Assembly: GCA_964016885.1 (NCBI GenBank)
Contig: OZ024744.1
Span: 43,648,001 to 43,712,000 of the forward strand
Length of the DNA: 64,000 nucleotides
Source: Eledone cirrhosa
Lineage: Eukaryota
Direction of reading: 5' to 3'
In this document: in pieces, positions 13,490 through 26,742 of the stretch
Layout: the number at the start of each line of letters is the position of its first letter
How positions within the stretch are numbered: the first letter of the stretch is position 1
Made by a program: the position numbers and the translations under genes
The notes under the pieces: model-generated
The model's input: only the letters and a program-made list of their open reading frames with translations
Told to the model about the DNA's origin: nothing
Databases searched by the model: none

Positions 13490-13605
13490 AGGTCAGAAAC
13501 TTTGTTGGCAATGTAAGTTGTTTAAATGAACCCCAGTACTTTGCTGTATTCTCTCAATACGAGAAAGATTTGTAAACTTGACATTGGTGTGATTTGAACT
13601 CAGAA
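13490..13605 (-). mobile_element. Decayed SINE fragment (same family)
   Basis: gatttgaactcaga (B box, reverse) and ccccagtac. Confidence 0.5.
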
Positions 13606-13889
13606 TATAAAGAATAGGAACAATTGGCACATTTTATTTAAACACTTTTGACGGGCAGGTGATGGTGTTTTGCTCAGAAGATTATCACTAATTAGGTCCC
13701 TTATTCTCAAAAATATTCACCAATCAGACCTACAGGTATCAAACAAGTTCAAATTTAACCTTAAAAATATTGAATATAAGAGTACGAAAAGCTTTACATA
13801 GTCTTTGAGATTTGGAATTCTTTCTTTGACTATGCAGAATTTTGTTAGGTTCAAAAGTTTTTAACAAACTGCAATAATTAAACAGTAGT

Positions 13890-14015
13890 TTCTAAGTTAG
13901 GTACAAGGCCAGTAATTTTTAGGAGGGAAGAAATTCAATTATATTGACCCTGGTATTTCAGTGATACTTTATTTTATCAGTCCCGGATATATGAAACCCA
14001 ATATTGACATCGGTA
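13890..14015 (-). mobile_element. Decayed SINE 3' fragment (same family)
   Basis: aaggccagtaatt...atactttattttatc, reverse of the SINE 3' half. Confidence 0.55.
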
Positions 14016-14533
14016 GTAGGTGTAATCAGGGAGTATAGAGTCAGAACAAATGTCACAAGGTTTTGTATATGATGTTTTATTGATTCTGTCCATCCACTGC
14101 TGTCCATCATCATTACCTTCATCATCATTGTCAACATCGTTGTCGTCATTATTTAACATCTATTTTTCTTGTTAGCAGGGATACTTGAATGTGTCAGCAC
14201 AGACCAAGTTAGTACTTAACATAAGCTTCCTACCTCTCAGATGGGCCAGAGGCTGACATATGTTCTCGCAATCTACCTAGTCCCCTGGGTACATATTATC
14301 CTAATACCAACACTAGGTAAGTTGTCATGTCTTTGATATATCATGAGTCTATTTGACTCATTGGCAAGTTTTCTAGCGCTGGATGCCTCTCCTTTCACTA
14401 ACTCCATCACAGAGTTTATTAGGTGTATATTTGATGTAACAAACAACAGAACATTTGTTGTTCTTTTGCCACAACAGATGAGACCAATCAAAATAATTTC
14501 TTTCTCAAAGATGAAAACTATATTTATACGTAC

Positions 14534-14691
14534 AATGATCCATGTATGTCAAAATAATCGAAGCCTGCACTGAGGTCAGTCCATGGTGCTTCTAGAAGTC
14601 TTGAATACTCGAACCAGCTGTAGATATCCGAATTTCTTCCGTTGAACCTTAGCGTCACATCATCTTGACCATCTTGAAGGACAACTTTTAC
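14534..14691 (-). CDS. Host gene exon (VKVVLQDGQDDVTLRFNGRNSDIYSWFEYSRLLEAPWTDLSAGFDYFDIHGS); uncharacterised invertebrate WF..RL..PW.DL-type domain
   Basis: Poly-T + ttccag acceptor, stop-free phase-0 frame, GTACGT donor; continues in frame from exon 60812-60987. Confidence 0.8.
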
Positions 14692-14979
14692 CTGGAATTA
14701 AAAAAAAAAAATGTAAGATTTTCTATTTCATTGGTTGAGATACAGAAATAAAAAAAAATATCGAATCAAGATTGTAATGTAGAAAGAAAAACATAGCAAT
14801 GGTGGTGAAGGAGTCACTGAGGTGGTGGTTGAGTGTCACTGACCTTTAGATATCTCTTGGTCACAAAGTTAAAAGTAAGAGAACTATGACAAGTTAATGA
14901 AGCAGAAAATGTGAACTACACAACCTGAATATTGTGTGAGACTCTGATGGTATATGTTGAGAGCCATAAGTATGTGAGA

Positions 14980-14983
<4 letters not shown>

Positions 14984-15067
<84 letters not shown>
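14984..15067. repeat. (GA)n microsatellite
   Basis: Direct reading. Confidence 0.95.
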
Positions 15068-15073
<6 letters not shown>

Positions 15074-15959
15074 TACTAAAGGTGTCAGCGAGGAAATTAG
15101 AGAGTGTAAGCAAATATAGTTTAGTAGGTGTTTCTGACTCAGGACCAATTATAGCAAGGGAATGATAGCAGTCCAGTAACTTACCTTAGTTAAGGTTTAG
15201 TGAGAATTGTGAAGGATGATTGTGTCTGTTTCACCTTTATAGGTGAGGACAACATGCTATATTTGGTCATTTGGCTGAAGTTTGTGCTAAAGATAGTTAT
15301 GTCAATACTTAAAATAAGGAAATAATCGTTGTTTTGGAAACAACAAAATGCCTATATATGATTTTGATACATTAGTAAAGTTTTATCAAACAATTAGTGT
15401 TATTTCATTCAGTTTCTTGAGTGACGGGGAGAAGCGACAGACTAAGGTTGTAGAGTTATGGGTTTATAGACATTGTTTTAAATATTAGCAATGTGTTGCT
15501 GTGTCCATGACCAATATATTTCGTTTAAACGATTTGTCACTAGTAAATAGTTACCATAATTGTGTGCACTTCTTTTGGTAATGACCATAAAATTGACAAG
15601 ATTTTTTTATATTGTATCATTGCGTTCTACTACCGTACATATACCTAGAATATGACTGGGTTCAATTAGTTATACTTTCAAGGGCTTATAAAGAACCCTA
15701 TTATAGCATATATTTATACGATTGAACTAGTTGTTTATAAGAAGATAATTAAATATGTTATGGAGATATTTATATATGTTAAATATAACTTCATCATTAC
15801 TCTAGCTGCTTCGTTCTCAACTGTTTATTAAGCAAACACAATATAAAGCAGTGAAGCAACTTTAAACTCATATATATGAATATTTGGCAGAGTTGTACTG
15901 CTAGAGTACGTGTTACAGGTGGCGGATAGCAATACGGCCGCTAGATATGATGGTTAGGT

Positions 15960-17345
15960 ATGATATGTGTAGGCACCTGCCGGACGAATAAGCAGCCCCG
16001 GTCCAACAGTGGTAAACTACTAGGGGAGATGGAGCAATGGGTGACACCTTCAACTCCAAAGAAATCTCCCACAACCCTGTTATGTAGCTATGACAACGCG
16101 AGTTATGGCCGCTTCTAAAAAGGCCTGGTCAACGAGGGTCTGAGAAAGTACCAGTTGGTGACTGGCACAGAAAACACCACAAAAACAGCAATATGATGAG
16201 AGGTAACAAAAAGAATCATACTGCATCGTCCTTCTACAGGTGGGAGTGGAGATACTCACAAGCTCATGGCTGTCAGAATCTGTTATGGACCGGATACCAT
16301 TAGGAGGGCGGATTTGCTTCTTGAAGCTTTGGCTGGAATATAGGTCTCTTTGGGTGGTGCAAGTTTATGCACCAAACAAGGAGTCTGAATACAGATCCTT
16401 ACGTGATTAATTTATTGCAGTGTTAGATGTAGTAATAACTGGGTCACATATCCTAATAGGGGACTTCAATACATATATAGCACGTTCCCCCTGAGTGATT
16501 GTAAAGATTGGCGATCCCTATCGAAAGAACACCGAAGAGACTTTATTAGACTTGTTCTAGCAATAGACTCTTGATTATGAACACATTGTCCAGCACAGAG
16601 ATATTCATAAATATTCATGGTATAAGGAGGATCGTGGAGAGAGATCAATAACTGATTTTATTATTGTCCCTGACCTTTTCGATTCCGTGCTGGATATTAA
16701 GAGAGGGGCTGAGCTCTCAGCTAAATACCATCTAGTTATCTGAAACTTGAGACTACCTAAAGCCAAAGAAGTAAAACCTAGCAGGTCGATCTACAGGATA
16801 AAGTGGGAAGCGTAGGGGAGTAAGGAAGCCAGGACCAGGTATGCAGATACCAAATTCAGAGAAATTCCTGAGAAAACTGAAGAGGTTAAACAGAGAAGAG
16901 ATTGTTCAGCACAGCAGTTTCTGCTTCAGCTGTTCAATGCTTGTGGAGAAAGAGTCTTGGTGTGGTACCAGATAGCAGGAGGTCCCCTTGGTTCAATCAA
17001 GCGGCCAAAGATGCCATCCGAGCAATGAAGGGAGCCTACAAAGCTTGGTTTCGAAATAATTATTCCTTCTTACACTTGTGATACATGCAGGCACGAAAAG
17101 TCGCATCAGTGACAGTAAAGGCATCCGAAGTTAAGATATAAGAGGACTTTGGTGTTAAGCTGGAATCCGACTTCAGATCAGCAAATAAAGTGTTCTGGCA
17201 GACCATCAAGCGACTTCGTAATAAGAAGCCCTCCTCCACGCTGGGTGTCTTGGGTTCTCCTCTCTTCAGAGGGTTTCATCCTTGTGGGGTGGAGAGAATA
17301 ATTTGCTGAACTCCTAAACCTGATGACAGCATCTTCTGATGTACA
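15960..17345 (+). mobile_element. Decayed RTE-clade (Expander/Rex3-like) LINE, 5' UTR + endonuclease region
   Basis: Fragmentary translations ILIGDFN, RSITDFIIV, KRGAELSAKYHLV, NKVFWQTIKRLR, WRE*FAELLN; many stops. Confidence 0.7.
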
Positions 17346-17879
17346 CGAGGTATACACACACACAACACACACACACACACATATATATATATCTATATAT
17401 ATATATCTATATACATATATCTATATCTATATCTATATATATAAATGGCCGGCTTTGCCACATTCAAATAATAATTTGTCGCTCGTATACAGGAAACTGA
17501 CTGGCCAGTCCGCTAATATGCAGATCTGACTGATCAGCCAGTCTGCTAATATGCAAATCAAGCCGATCAGTCAGTGTATATTTTAGAAAATAGCATATAT
17601 TTTCTCTAGCTCTGACAGTTGGCAGGTGAACAGTGAGCTGTACTGATGAAGCGTGATACCCAGAAACATTAGTGTCTTCAGTTCTCTTTACATGCCAACA
17701 CAAGAGCAAGAATGAAGGGTTCATTCTACTGACATGGCTTTAAAAATGAGGCTTGTTTGCATAATTGCAAAAAACGAATCAAATGTTATTATTAATATTC
17801 GAAAAACTCAGATTACATTTATTGTATTCAGCTATGTAGAGTGAAACATTTTTTATTATTATATATATTTAGATAACCG

Positions 17880-17923
<44 letters not shown>

Positions 17924-17925
<2 letters not shown>

Positions 17926-18022
17926 GTTTCTACTTTTAGGCATAAGGCCAGCAAATACCCAGTGCATTACTGGTACTTTATTTTATCGACCCCGTAAGGA
18001 TGAAAGGCAAAGTCAACCTCGA
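17924..18022 (-). mobile_element. SINE 3' half (Nin/Deu-domain family)
   Basis: Reverse complement nearly identical to ~60508-60628; abuts (TA)n. Confidence 0.8.
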
Positions 18023-18098
18023 TTCGTTTTTTGCAACTTAACACTTTCAATTTACCCGCCAAAACCCGGTGGTTGCTTCACTTGTTGGAAATAATACG

Positions 18099-18596
18099 TG
18101 TAGCGACGTGGTTAGTCAATCTGGTCACTACTTCTGATCAGATCAGAGAATAGCTCTTAGAAGGACTGTTATCGCATACGGTCTGATCAGATCTGAAGAT
18201 AGCCCTTAAAAGGACTGTTGTCGCATATAGCCCTTAAAAGAACTGTTGAGGATGGACAGACGAAAGCACAAGTTGAAAGGACGAAGCAAGGCGAGATGTA
18301 AATTCGATCAGCTATTTATTTTCACATGAATCGACGATACGAGGTACAAGGCGTGTGTGAGTGACAAAGCATGGCAGAGGCGAGGAACAACGATACGCTA
18401 CCTGACTCTGGCAAAAGTCGACTGGTGAAGTGTTTGGAACCACTCTATTTATACAGACATAATCGTTTGATGTTTAGCCGCTGTGTAGGCGTTTATTCTG
18501 GTAGTTTTTAAGGGCTGTTTGTTTCACGGTGAGGTAGCTAGCTAACAGGTAGATGGCGCTGTATATTTCACAGATGTTATTACCGGTGGCTGTACA
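18099..18596 (-). mobile_element. Solo LTR (498 bp, Gypsy-like)
   Basis: TG...CA ends (TGTAGCGAC / GTGGCTGTACA), 4-bp TSD TACG at 18095-18098 and 18597-18600, minus-strand TATAAATAG (~18450) upstream of AATAAA (~18320), internal short tandem repeats. Confidence 0.75.
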
Positions 18597-19518
18597 TACG
18601 TGACAATGAAATGTCTGAAGGCTGCCTTCTGTAGCGGTCGCATTTAGTTTGTTCACACCAGTTTGAGGCAGAATGGAATCCCTGTTGATGAAATGAATCC
18701 CCTGTTCGATCATGGAATACCACAAGCTTGCGTGTTACGTAAGTTGGATAAATGATATCGGATTCATAGAAACACTTCGGACGTACATCGTTCGATTTGT
18801 CCAGGTCTGTTTTTTAACCTGTTAGTTCTCTCGTTACTTTGGTATTGTGTGGTTTGGTTTTGCCTACCGCAATGTTCAATTTGTCAAGCTATTTAAACGT
18901 ATGTTATTACTCGAAGGACCTACGCTTATTGAGTGCTTTGCTAACTCATTCCTATTGTAGGTCCACTTTGCTTGGCCACAGCCAAAGCTTCGAATTTACT
19001 AAGCTTCCACTTGTATTTATAGATGTATATATATATAACCGTTGAAATAACTGAAATGAATAAACGATTTATGCAACATCTTTCTTATAGTAAATCGCCA
19101 TCGTAACTACAGAAATTATTTTGGTAAAAACAAGAACAAGCAGTAGAAAGATTTCTACATTCAAAGTGTGTGTATATATATATATATATAGAGAGAGAGA
19201 TATATAGATAGGTAAATATACACGGGTTAACACTTAGAATTTAATATTCTATCATACTATTTCATTATAATACCATTATATATATTTTAAAGGATTGTAA
19301 ATAAAACGAGTAAATCAGACAAAGTTGGAATTCCTCTTATTAATATATATATATATATATATAAGTAAGATGTATGGTAGGACGTATGTGAATCGCGATG
19401 ATCACGTCTGACTTACCAAATATGTGACGGTAGCTAGTTAAGCTCTATGCGTATACGCAGAGCAGAAATATTAGTGAAAAAGAACAAAGGAACTATTATG
19501 ACATTATAACAAGTTTAT

Positions 19519-19565
19519 TGCCGACAGCCGTTTCGTCCGACCCCATGGTGGGACTTATCAAGGCA
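19519..19565 (-). ncRNA. Hammerhead ribozyme, U3-A8 variant (inverted copy)
   Basis: Reverse complement of 26384-26430. Confidence 0.75.
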
Positions 19566-20484
19566 TATAACATGTGATTGCAAGATCATTGTTTACATCA
19601 ACGTATCACTCAAGGCTAGCAGTTTGAAATTGTTGTATACATCAGCAACTCCGCTTTAAGGGGGGCTCTTTTATATTAGTTGTCGGGGTCAGGGATTGAA
19701 GTTTAAAAATTAGACAAAAATATATAATTCACGCATCAACATTAAACCAAGAGACTTGGGGTCCCGTAGAAGCACCTCAGAAAATCCCTCAATGAGTGCA
19801 TAAAGGTTACAGGCTCCAATACACCTATTAGTCTAGAAGAAAATTAAGAGGCTAATAAAATAAGAAAATAAAAATATAAAGTTTCCCTAAAAAATATATA
19901 GAGTTCCTATGAAATTTCTTCTAGAGAAAAAAATTTTTCCCAAAGAAAAAAACCTTCTTCCCCCGAGATCACGTTTACAAAATTCAGAAAACTGAATTGA
20001 AAACTAGGTTGAAAGAAACTAATCAATTAGAGGTTAATTCAGAGAGCCTTCCATAAATCTCTCAGAAAAGCCCCTTTACTATTTCCAATAGGAACTTCTT
20101 CCGAGAGACATTTCGAAGAATTAAAATTTTAGAGAGCCTTTGAGGATAAATATAAAAACGAATTGAGGAAAATTATACATTAAAAGTTAAAAATTAAAAA
20201 TTACGGTATTTGGGATATCCGAGGAATTTTCAAAGGGCTGCTTCAACAGATGCAACTTAGGCATAATAGGTACAATAATCTAAGCAATTTAAGCAATTTA
20301 ATTAGGGAGCAATTCAAGGAGTTTATCAAGTTGGGCAAGATTAAAGAAAGTGGTAACTAAGAAAATACATAAGCAAAAAGACAATAATCATAAAATGTAT
20401 CCTTAAGAAGGTACAAGGTAGATTCCGTGATCTAACCCTGTATTATCACAAAAAAACATTCTAAAATTATTGATACAGGATTAA

Positions 20485-20635
20485 AAATTATTACAAAATC
20501 ATTACAAAATTACCACAAAATCATTACAAAATTATCAAATCATCACAAAATTACCACAAAATCATTACAAAACTATCAAATTATCATAAAATTATCGCAA
20601 AATTATTACAAAATTATCATAAAATTATTGCAAAA
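20485..20635. repeat. ~11-bp AT-rich minisatellite (attacaaaatc-like) in the PLE-A tail; mirror copy ~25312-25462
   Basis: Direct reading. Confidence 0.8.
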
Positions 20636-21574
20636 ATATAACAGGATGAACATTACTGGTGACCGTGTGGGCGCGATATCCATTCTGCCTATGCAGTCCC
20701 CTGCACAGCTCCAGCACGATATCCACTAGGCGTAAGCAGTCATCTGCATAGCTCCAGGCGCAGCTGGTCTTGTTTAGACGTTCATAGATCACCTGGGGTT
20801 CACTATTATCTGCGTGGACTCTCTGGGAGATGTACCTGTGGATCTAATAGCCAGTGGTTGCCGGATGTGGTCCGTTCGATCCTTTAGTTTCAGGGGTTGA
20901 ACGCTTTCGCGATAGACGAGCCTGCTGGTTCTAAGTCCAAGGTTTCGCCACGCATGATGTATTGGTCCACATGCTATATCGTTAAAAAACCAGTGTGGAT
21001 TTGACTGGGGTGGTATATTACGAACTCCAAGTCCACACGCGACTGGTCAAAATCGAAGGGCTGTCCTCTCTTTGTTTGCTGTATGGGTCGGTCCCAGCTT
21101 AGATGGTGGTCGTGTCATCCATATTCCGTCAGCCCTGTATATTCAAGACAGATCAGGGTATGTATTTGCGGGTATGGTCCTGCGTCTACGTTATCCAGAG
21201 GGTCTCGCTTGTGGTATTTTCAAGTTCGCATGTCATCTCCCGGTTAAGACTGCGCATGCTTCGGTGAATCTCAAGCATGGGATCTTAGGGTATCATATTA
21301 CACGGGGTGACCAGCAGAAAATATACATTCTATGCTATCGCGCACGCGCTGGCCTGTGGCTACGACCGTGTCCAGTCTCGGGTAGTAGCAGACAGCAGGT
21401 AGACCAGCTATACACACCCCTGATCAAGGGGCACAACCCCTAACTTATCGAGTGGTCAGACTTCAAGGGAGTCAACTCTCCAAGCCCATTATGTCGACCG
21501 TGGTGAAATACAAAAAAAATTCCTATTAGTAAAGAACTAATCACTGATAATAAAGAACCAGCTCAAATAGGACA

Positions 21575-23974
21575 TTTAGGAGCCCGCCCTATAACCCTCT
21601 GCTCGATAAATTTGAGAGTGACCTTTTGTCTCTCGTCCGGTCTATTAGATATAAAAGAAATAACTATAAGCGTAGCGGCTTCCAAACAAAGTTAGAATCA
21701 CTAGTTAAATCTTTTAAGGACAGAAAGGAGTGTATACTAGTACCCTCGGACAAGACTAGGAATATGTACAACCTGAGCTATGAGGAATACCGCGGCTTCA
21801 TATACAACGAGCTACATAAAAATTATAAAAAAACACTGTAGCCAACCTAGATGAGATTAACAGGGAGGCTAAAGTGATAGTAACGAAGCTAGGATTAGAG
21901 AAATGCACACAACCTTATACCCCCCGACAACCAAGGTTCACACTGAAAAACCATTAGGAGGACTTTGCAAGTAGCCCATCTGTCAGGCTCATTAGCCCCT
22001 CTAAATCTGACATAGGGATTATAAGTAAAAAAATACTAGATGAAGTCATACCGAAAGTTAAAGACAGGATTAGCCTGGACCTATGGGGAAACACTGCAGA
22101 AGTGATAAAGTGGTTCTCAAGCATTACAACCACAAGTCACTACGCTTCATCCAGTTCGATATAGACTCCTACTATACGTCTATATCCCCCATACTACTAA
22201 ATAAGGCGCTCATGTTGGCAATGCGGACGGGCGAACTCGCTAGATCCCAGATTGACATAGTCCTTGCCGCTCGTAAAACAATTATCACATTTGAGGATGA
22301 ATTGTGGACGCGAAAGAACACTCGTAACAATTTCGACATCACTATGGGGTCTAGCGACTCAGCGCAGGTGACAGACCTCGTCGGATTGTACCTGCTCAAG
22401 GAGCTCAACGAGCAGCTCCCACACCTCAGAGGTGGGCTATACCGTGACGACGCATTGCTTACTGTGGACTTTAAACGGCACAACCTAGAAAGAACTAGAA
22501 AGGACCTTTATAAATTCTTCAAGAATTTTAACCTATCAATAACTATGGATAGAAATAATAAGGTAGTCAACTTTCTAGATGCCACACTAGACCTAGATAA
22601 GTTAGAATATGCACCGTACCATAAACCTAACAAAAGGCTGACGTACGTCAATGCCGGCTCCAACCACCCAGGCTCAGTCCTCAAAGCAATAGTTAAGGGA
22701 GTATCTAGTAGGATTAGCGGACTATCTAGCAGCGTGACCGCATTTGAAGCGAACGCGGAATATTACAATAAGGCGCTAGCTGGGTCAGGGCACAAAGATA
22801 AACTCCATTATGTTAAGACAGGCGGCACCACCCCGCCACCCCAGCCCAGCACTGTAATCACGCACAATATGTCCATGGGAGTTGGAGGGAGAGCTAGAAA
22901 GACGAATAGGGACAATAGGAAGTTAGATAAGAACAGCAACACTCGCAACGCAGACACGGACAGGGCCCGCACGCCTGGTAAGCGCTATGCCGCCCCGAGC
23001 AAGTCCAACAGTGAAAACGGGGGACAGAGGCCTAGGAGACTTGAGACCAACGCACATACCACTGGGTGTACAGCAACCACACCTGGTGGAACCAGTAATA
23101 ATATAGACGAAGAGAGGGAAAACTGCATAGGGGATAGGAAATGCAGTGGAAGGAATAGAAGACGTGATAGTACCTTCTTTAACCCGCCCTTCAACTCTAA
23201 TGTTACTACAGACTTCCCCAAATCTTCTTTCTCTTTAATAGATAAGAACTTCCCCCCGGGTAGTAGGTACGGTAGTGTCATCAATAAGAATACTGTCAAG
23301 CTATCGTACTCTACAACCCCTAATCTGGCCTCACACCTAGCTAAGACCAATAAGAGTAAGATCAAAGAGGGACTTAAGGCCATCCGAAATAGTGAACCAC
23401 GCCAGCACACACGACAACACGGGACCAACACACTGAGTGAAAGAGCCAGGGGATATTAGGCAATAGAACCGGTCCCACTAGGCAGCCCCGCGGCCGCTTG
23501 GAGGGACATGCACCCCTGATTGAGGGGCATGTCCCTACTAAAGAGTGTAATTGCAGAAAGAAGGACAAATGCCCACTAGCTGGACACTGCCTTATCAGGA
23601 ACGTGGTATATGCTTGTAACGTAACCACAGGCACGTATACTAAGACGTACGTAGGATCAACCGCTAATGAGTTCAAGACGAGGTTCAACGCCCACCAGAA
23701 TAGCTTCCGTTATGAGAAGCTTAAAAATACCACGTCGTTAGCGGGGCATATACATAGCTTAAAACAAACAAAAACCCCCTACACACTCAGCTGGAGATGC
23801 CTTACTAAGGCTCCTCCATATAGCTCGTTGAGCAGGTGTTGTAGCCTGTGCCTATCTGAATCTCATGCCATAGTATTCTCAGGGCTCAACTTTCTCAACA
23901 GGAGATCAGAAATCTTCTCGTCCTGCCCCCATACCATACTTAGCTCTTTCTTTTTCTTCAGACCGGACACATAG
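21575..23974 (+). pseudogene. PLE-A polyprotein (RT, CxC...CPL linker, GIY-YIG endonuclease), frameshifted
   Basis: Motifs DKTRN, FDIDSYY, MGSSDSAQVTDLVG, YRDD, FLD, SNHP, CNCRKKDKCPLAGHC, VVY...YVGST, CSLCLSE, LNRRSE. Confidence 0.92.
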
Positions 23975-26383
23975 CCATGACACCACCCAGTCCTGCACGT
24001 GGCGGCCCCGCTGGCGTACAGGGTGCTCTGTGGTAACCCCGGCCGCATGGATGCCTCGGCTCCCCGATTGGCGATGGGGACTCTGGTGAGGAACAGACGA
24101 CCCTGTGTCCCACTTGCCAACCTGGGATTGGTGGCAACACTGTTGCTGGGCACACTGGGGCAGCTGATGCCTGCGATGCAGGACATTGTGAGGGCCTGGA
24201 ACCACGTTGACTAATCTGAGAGGGTGCCGTCGGAGATGTATGTCAACAAACTCGAGAACTGCCTAGGGAAACAGTAACAAAACACCCAATATGGCGGCCG
24301 CTCCCTGCCTATAGCAACTCACCCCTACCCCCTCCCCTAGTAAACCCCCGCCCAAATAGATGACCCCCCCCCATTCTTTTGAGCTGGTTCTTTATTATCA
24401 GTGATTAGTTCTTTACTAATAGGAATTTTTTTTGTATTTCACCACGGTCGACATAATGGGCTTGGAGAGTTGACTCCCTTGAAGTCTGACCACTCGATAA
24501 GTTAGGGGTTGTGCCCCTTGATCAGGGGTGTGTATAGCTGGTCTACCTGCTGTCTGCTACTACCCGAGACTGGACACGGTCGTAGCCACAGGCCAGCGCG
24601 TGCGCGATAGCATAGAATGTATATTTTCTGCTGGTCACCCCGTGTAATATGATACCCTAAGATTCCATGCTTGAGATTCACCGAAGCATGCGCAGTCTTA
24701 ACCGGGAGATGACATGCGAACTTGAAAATACCACAAGCGAGACCCTCTGGATAACGTAGACGCAGGACCATACCCGCAAATACATACCCTGATCTGTCTT
24801 GAATATACAGGGCTGACGGAATATGGATAGCACGACCACCATCTAAGCTGAGAACGACCCATACATCAAACAAAGAGAGGACAGCCCTTCGATTTTGACC
24901 AGTCGCGTGTGGACTTGGAGTTCGTAATATACCACCCCAGTCAAATCCACACTGGTTTTTTAACGATATAGCATGTGGACCAATACATCATGCGTGGCGA
25001 AACCTTGGACTTAGAACCAGCAGGCTCGTCTATCGCGAAAGCGTTCAACCCCTGAAACTAAAGGATCGAACGGACCACATCCGGCAACCACTGGCTATTA
25101 GATCCACAGGTACATCTCCCAGAGAGTCCACGCAGATAATAGTGAACCCCAGGTGATCTATGAACGTCTAAACAAGACCAGCTGCGCCTGGAGCTATGCA
25201 GATGACTGCTTACGCCTAGTGGATATCGTGCCTGGAGCTGTGCAGGGGACTGCATAGGCAGAATGGATATCGCGCCCACACGGTCACCAGTAATGTTCAT
25301 CCTGTTATATTTTTGCAATAATTTTATGATAATTTTGTAATAATTTTGCGATAATTTTATGATAATTTGATGGTTTTGTAATGATTTTGTGGTAATTTTG
25401 TGATGATTTGATAATTTTGTAATGATTTTGTGGTAATTTTGTAATGATTTTGTAATAATTTTTAATCCTGTATCAATAATTTTAGAATGTTTTTTTTGTG
25501 ATAATACAGGGTTAGATCACGGAATCTACCTTGTACCTTCTTAAGGATACATTTTATGATTATTGTCTTTTTGCTTATGTATTTTCTTAGTTACCACTTT
25601 CTTTAATCTTGCCCAACTTGATAAACTCCTTGAATTGCTCCCTAATTAAATTGCTTAAATTGCTTAGATTATTGTACCTATTATGCCTAAGTTGCATCTG
25701 TTGAAGCAGCCCTTTGAAAATTCCTCGGATATCCCAAATACCGTTATTTTTAATTTTTAACTTTTAATGTATAATTTTCCTCAATTCGTTTTTATATTTA
25801 TCCTCAAAGGCTCTCTAAAATTTTAATTCTTCGAAGGGTCTCTCGGAAGAAGTTCCTATTGGAAATAGTAAAGGGGCCTTTTCTGAGAGATTTATGGAAG
25901 GCTCTCTGAATTAACCTCTAATTGATTAGTTTCTTTCAACCTAGTTTTCAATTCAGTTTTCTGAATTTTGTAAACGTGATCTCGGGGGAAGAAGGTTTTT
26001 TTCTTTGGGAAAAATTTTTTTTCTCTAGAAGAAATTTCATAGGAACTCTATATATTTTTTAGGGAAACTTTATATTTTTATTTTCTTATTTTATTAGCCT
26101 CTTAATTTTCTTCTAGACTAATAGGTGTATTGGAGCCTGTAAGCTTTATGCACTCATTGAGGGATTTTCTGAGGTGCTTCTACGAGACCCCAAGTCTCTT
26201 GGTTTTATGTTGATGCGTGAATTATATATTTTTGTCTAATTTTTAAACTTCAATCCCTGACCCCGACAACTAATATAAAAGAGCCCCCCTTAAAGCGGAG
26301 ATGCTGATGTATACAACAATTTCAAACTGCTAGCCTTGAGTGATACGTTGATGTAAACAATGATCTTGCAATCACATGTTATA

Positions 26384-26430
26384 TGCCTTGATAAGTCCCA
26401 CCATGGGGTCGGACGAAACGGCTGTCGGCA
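26384..26430 (+). ncRNA. Type I hammerhead ribozyme with U3-A8 core variant
   Basis: UGCC-UUGAUAA-GUCC...GGAC-GAAAC-GGCU-GUC^GGCA: stems I, II and III pair. Confidence 0.78.
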
Positions 26431-26474
26431 ATAAACTTGTTATAATATCATAATAGTTCCTTTGTTCTTTTTCA

Positions 26475-26540
<66 letters not shown>

Positions 26541-26615
26541 GAAGGAAATGTGGTAAGGAACCAGGTGGACCATAACGCACCAAAGTACTCAATACTTGAG
26601 GTAGTAGAGTGGGTA

Positions 26616-26739
26616 ATAGGAACCAGTAAGACCCCGACAGCTGAGCTCAAGCCGTTTCGACGGCTAATTCTGGACTAATTCTAGTCCATAATTAGCCGTC
26701 GAAACGGCATGAGCTCAGCTGTCGTGTCTTACTGGTTCC

Positions 26740-26742
<3 letters not shown>
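26616..26742. repeat. ~127-bp fold-back palindrome between (TA)n tracts
   Basis: ataggaaccagtaagac...gccgtttcgacggctaat / attagccgtcgaaacggc...gtcttactggttcctat. Confidence 0.9.

Larger units (their letters stand above)
19363..26479 (+). mobile_element. Penelope-like element A (5'-truncated RT + GIY-YIG) with ~2.1 kb inverted copy of its 3' tail at the 5' end
   Basis: Arms 19468-21568 and 24378-26479 are reverse complements; the spacer holds the ORF; (TA)n on both flanks. Confidence 0.9.

Noticed and set aside
17495-17575. ~33-bp tandem duplication with an ATGCAAAT octamer
   Set aside because: Too short and without context to assign a regulatory function.
20485-20635. Short-period repeat as a CRISPR-like array
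   Set aside because: No unique spacers; simple minisatellite in eukaryotic TE DNA.
23540-23940. Selenocysteine (in-frame TGA at Cys sites) as reported for some PLE lineages
   Set aside because: Conserved Cys positions in the PLE-A, -B, -C and -E linkers and endonucleases read as Cys with no TGA.
19468-26479. DNA transposon/Polinton interpretation of the long terminal inverted repeats
   Set aside because: Internal coding is PLE RT/GIY-YIG, the arms are the element's 3' tail, and there is no transposase, integrase or TSD.
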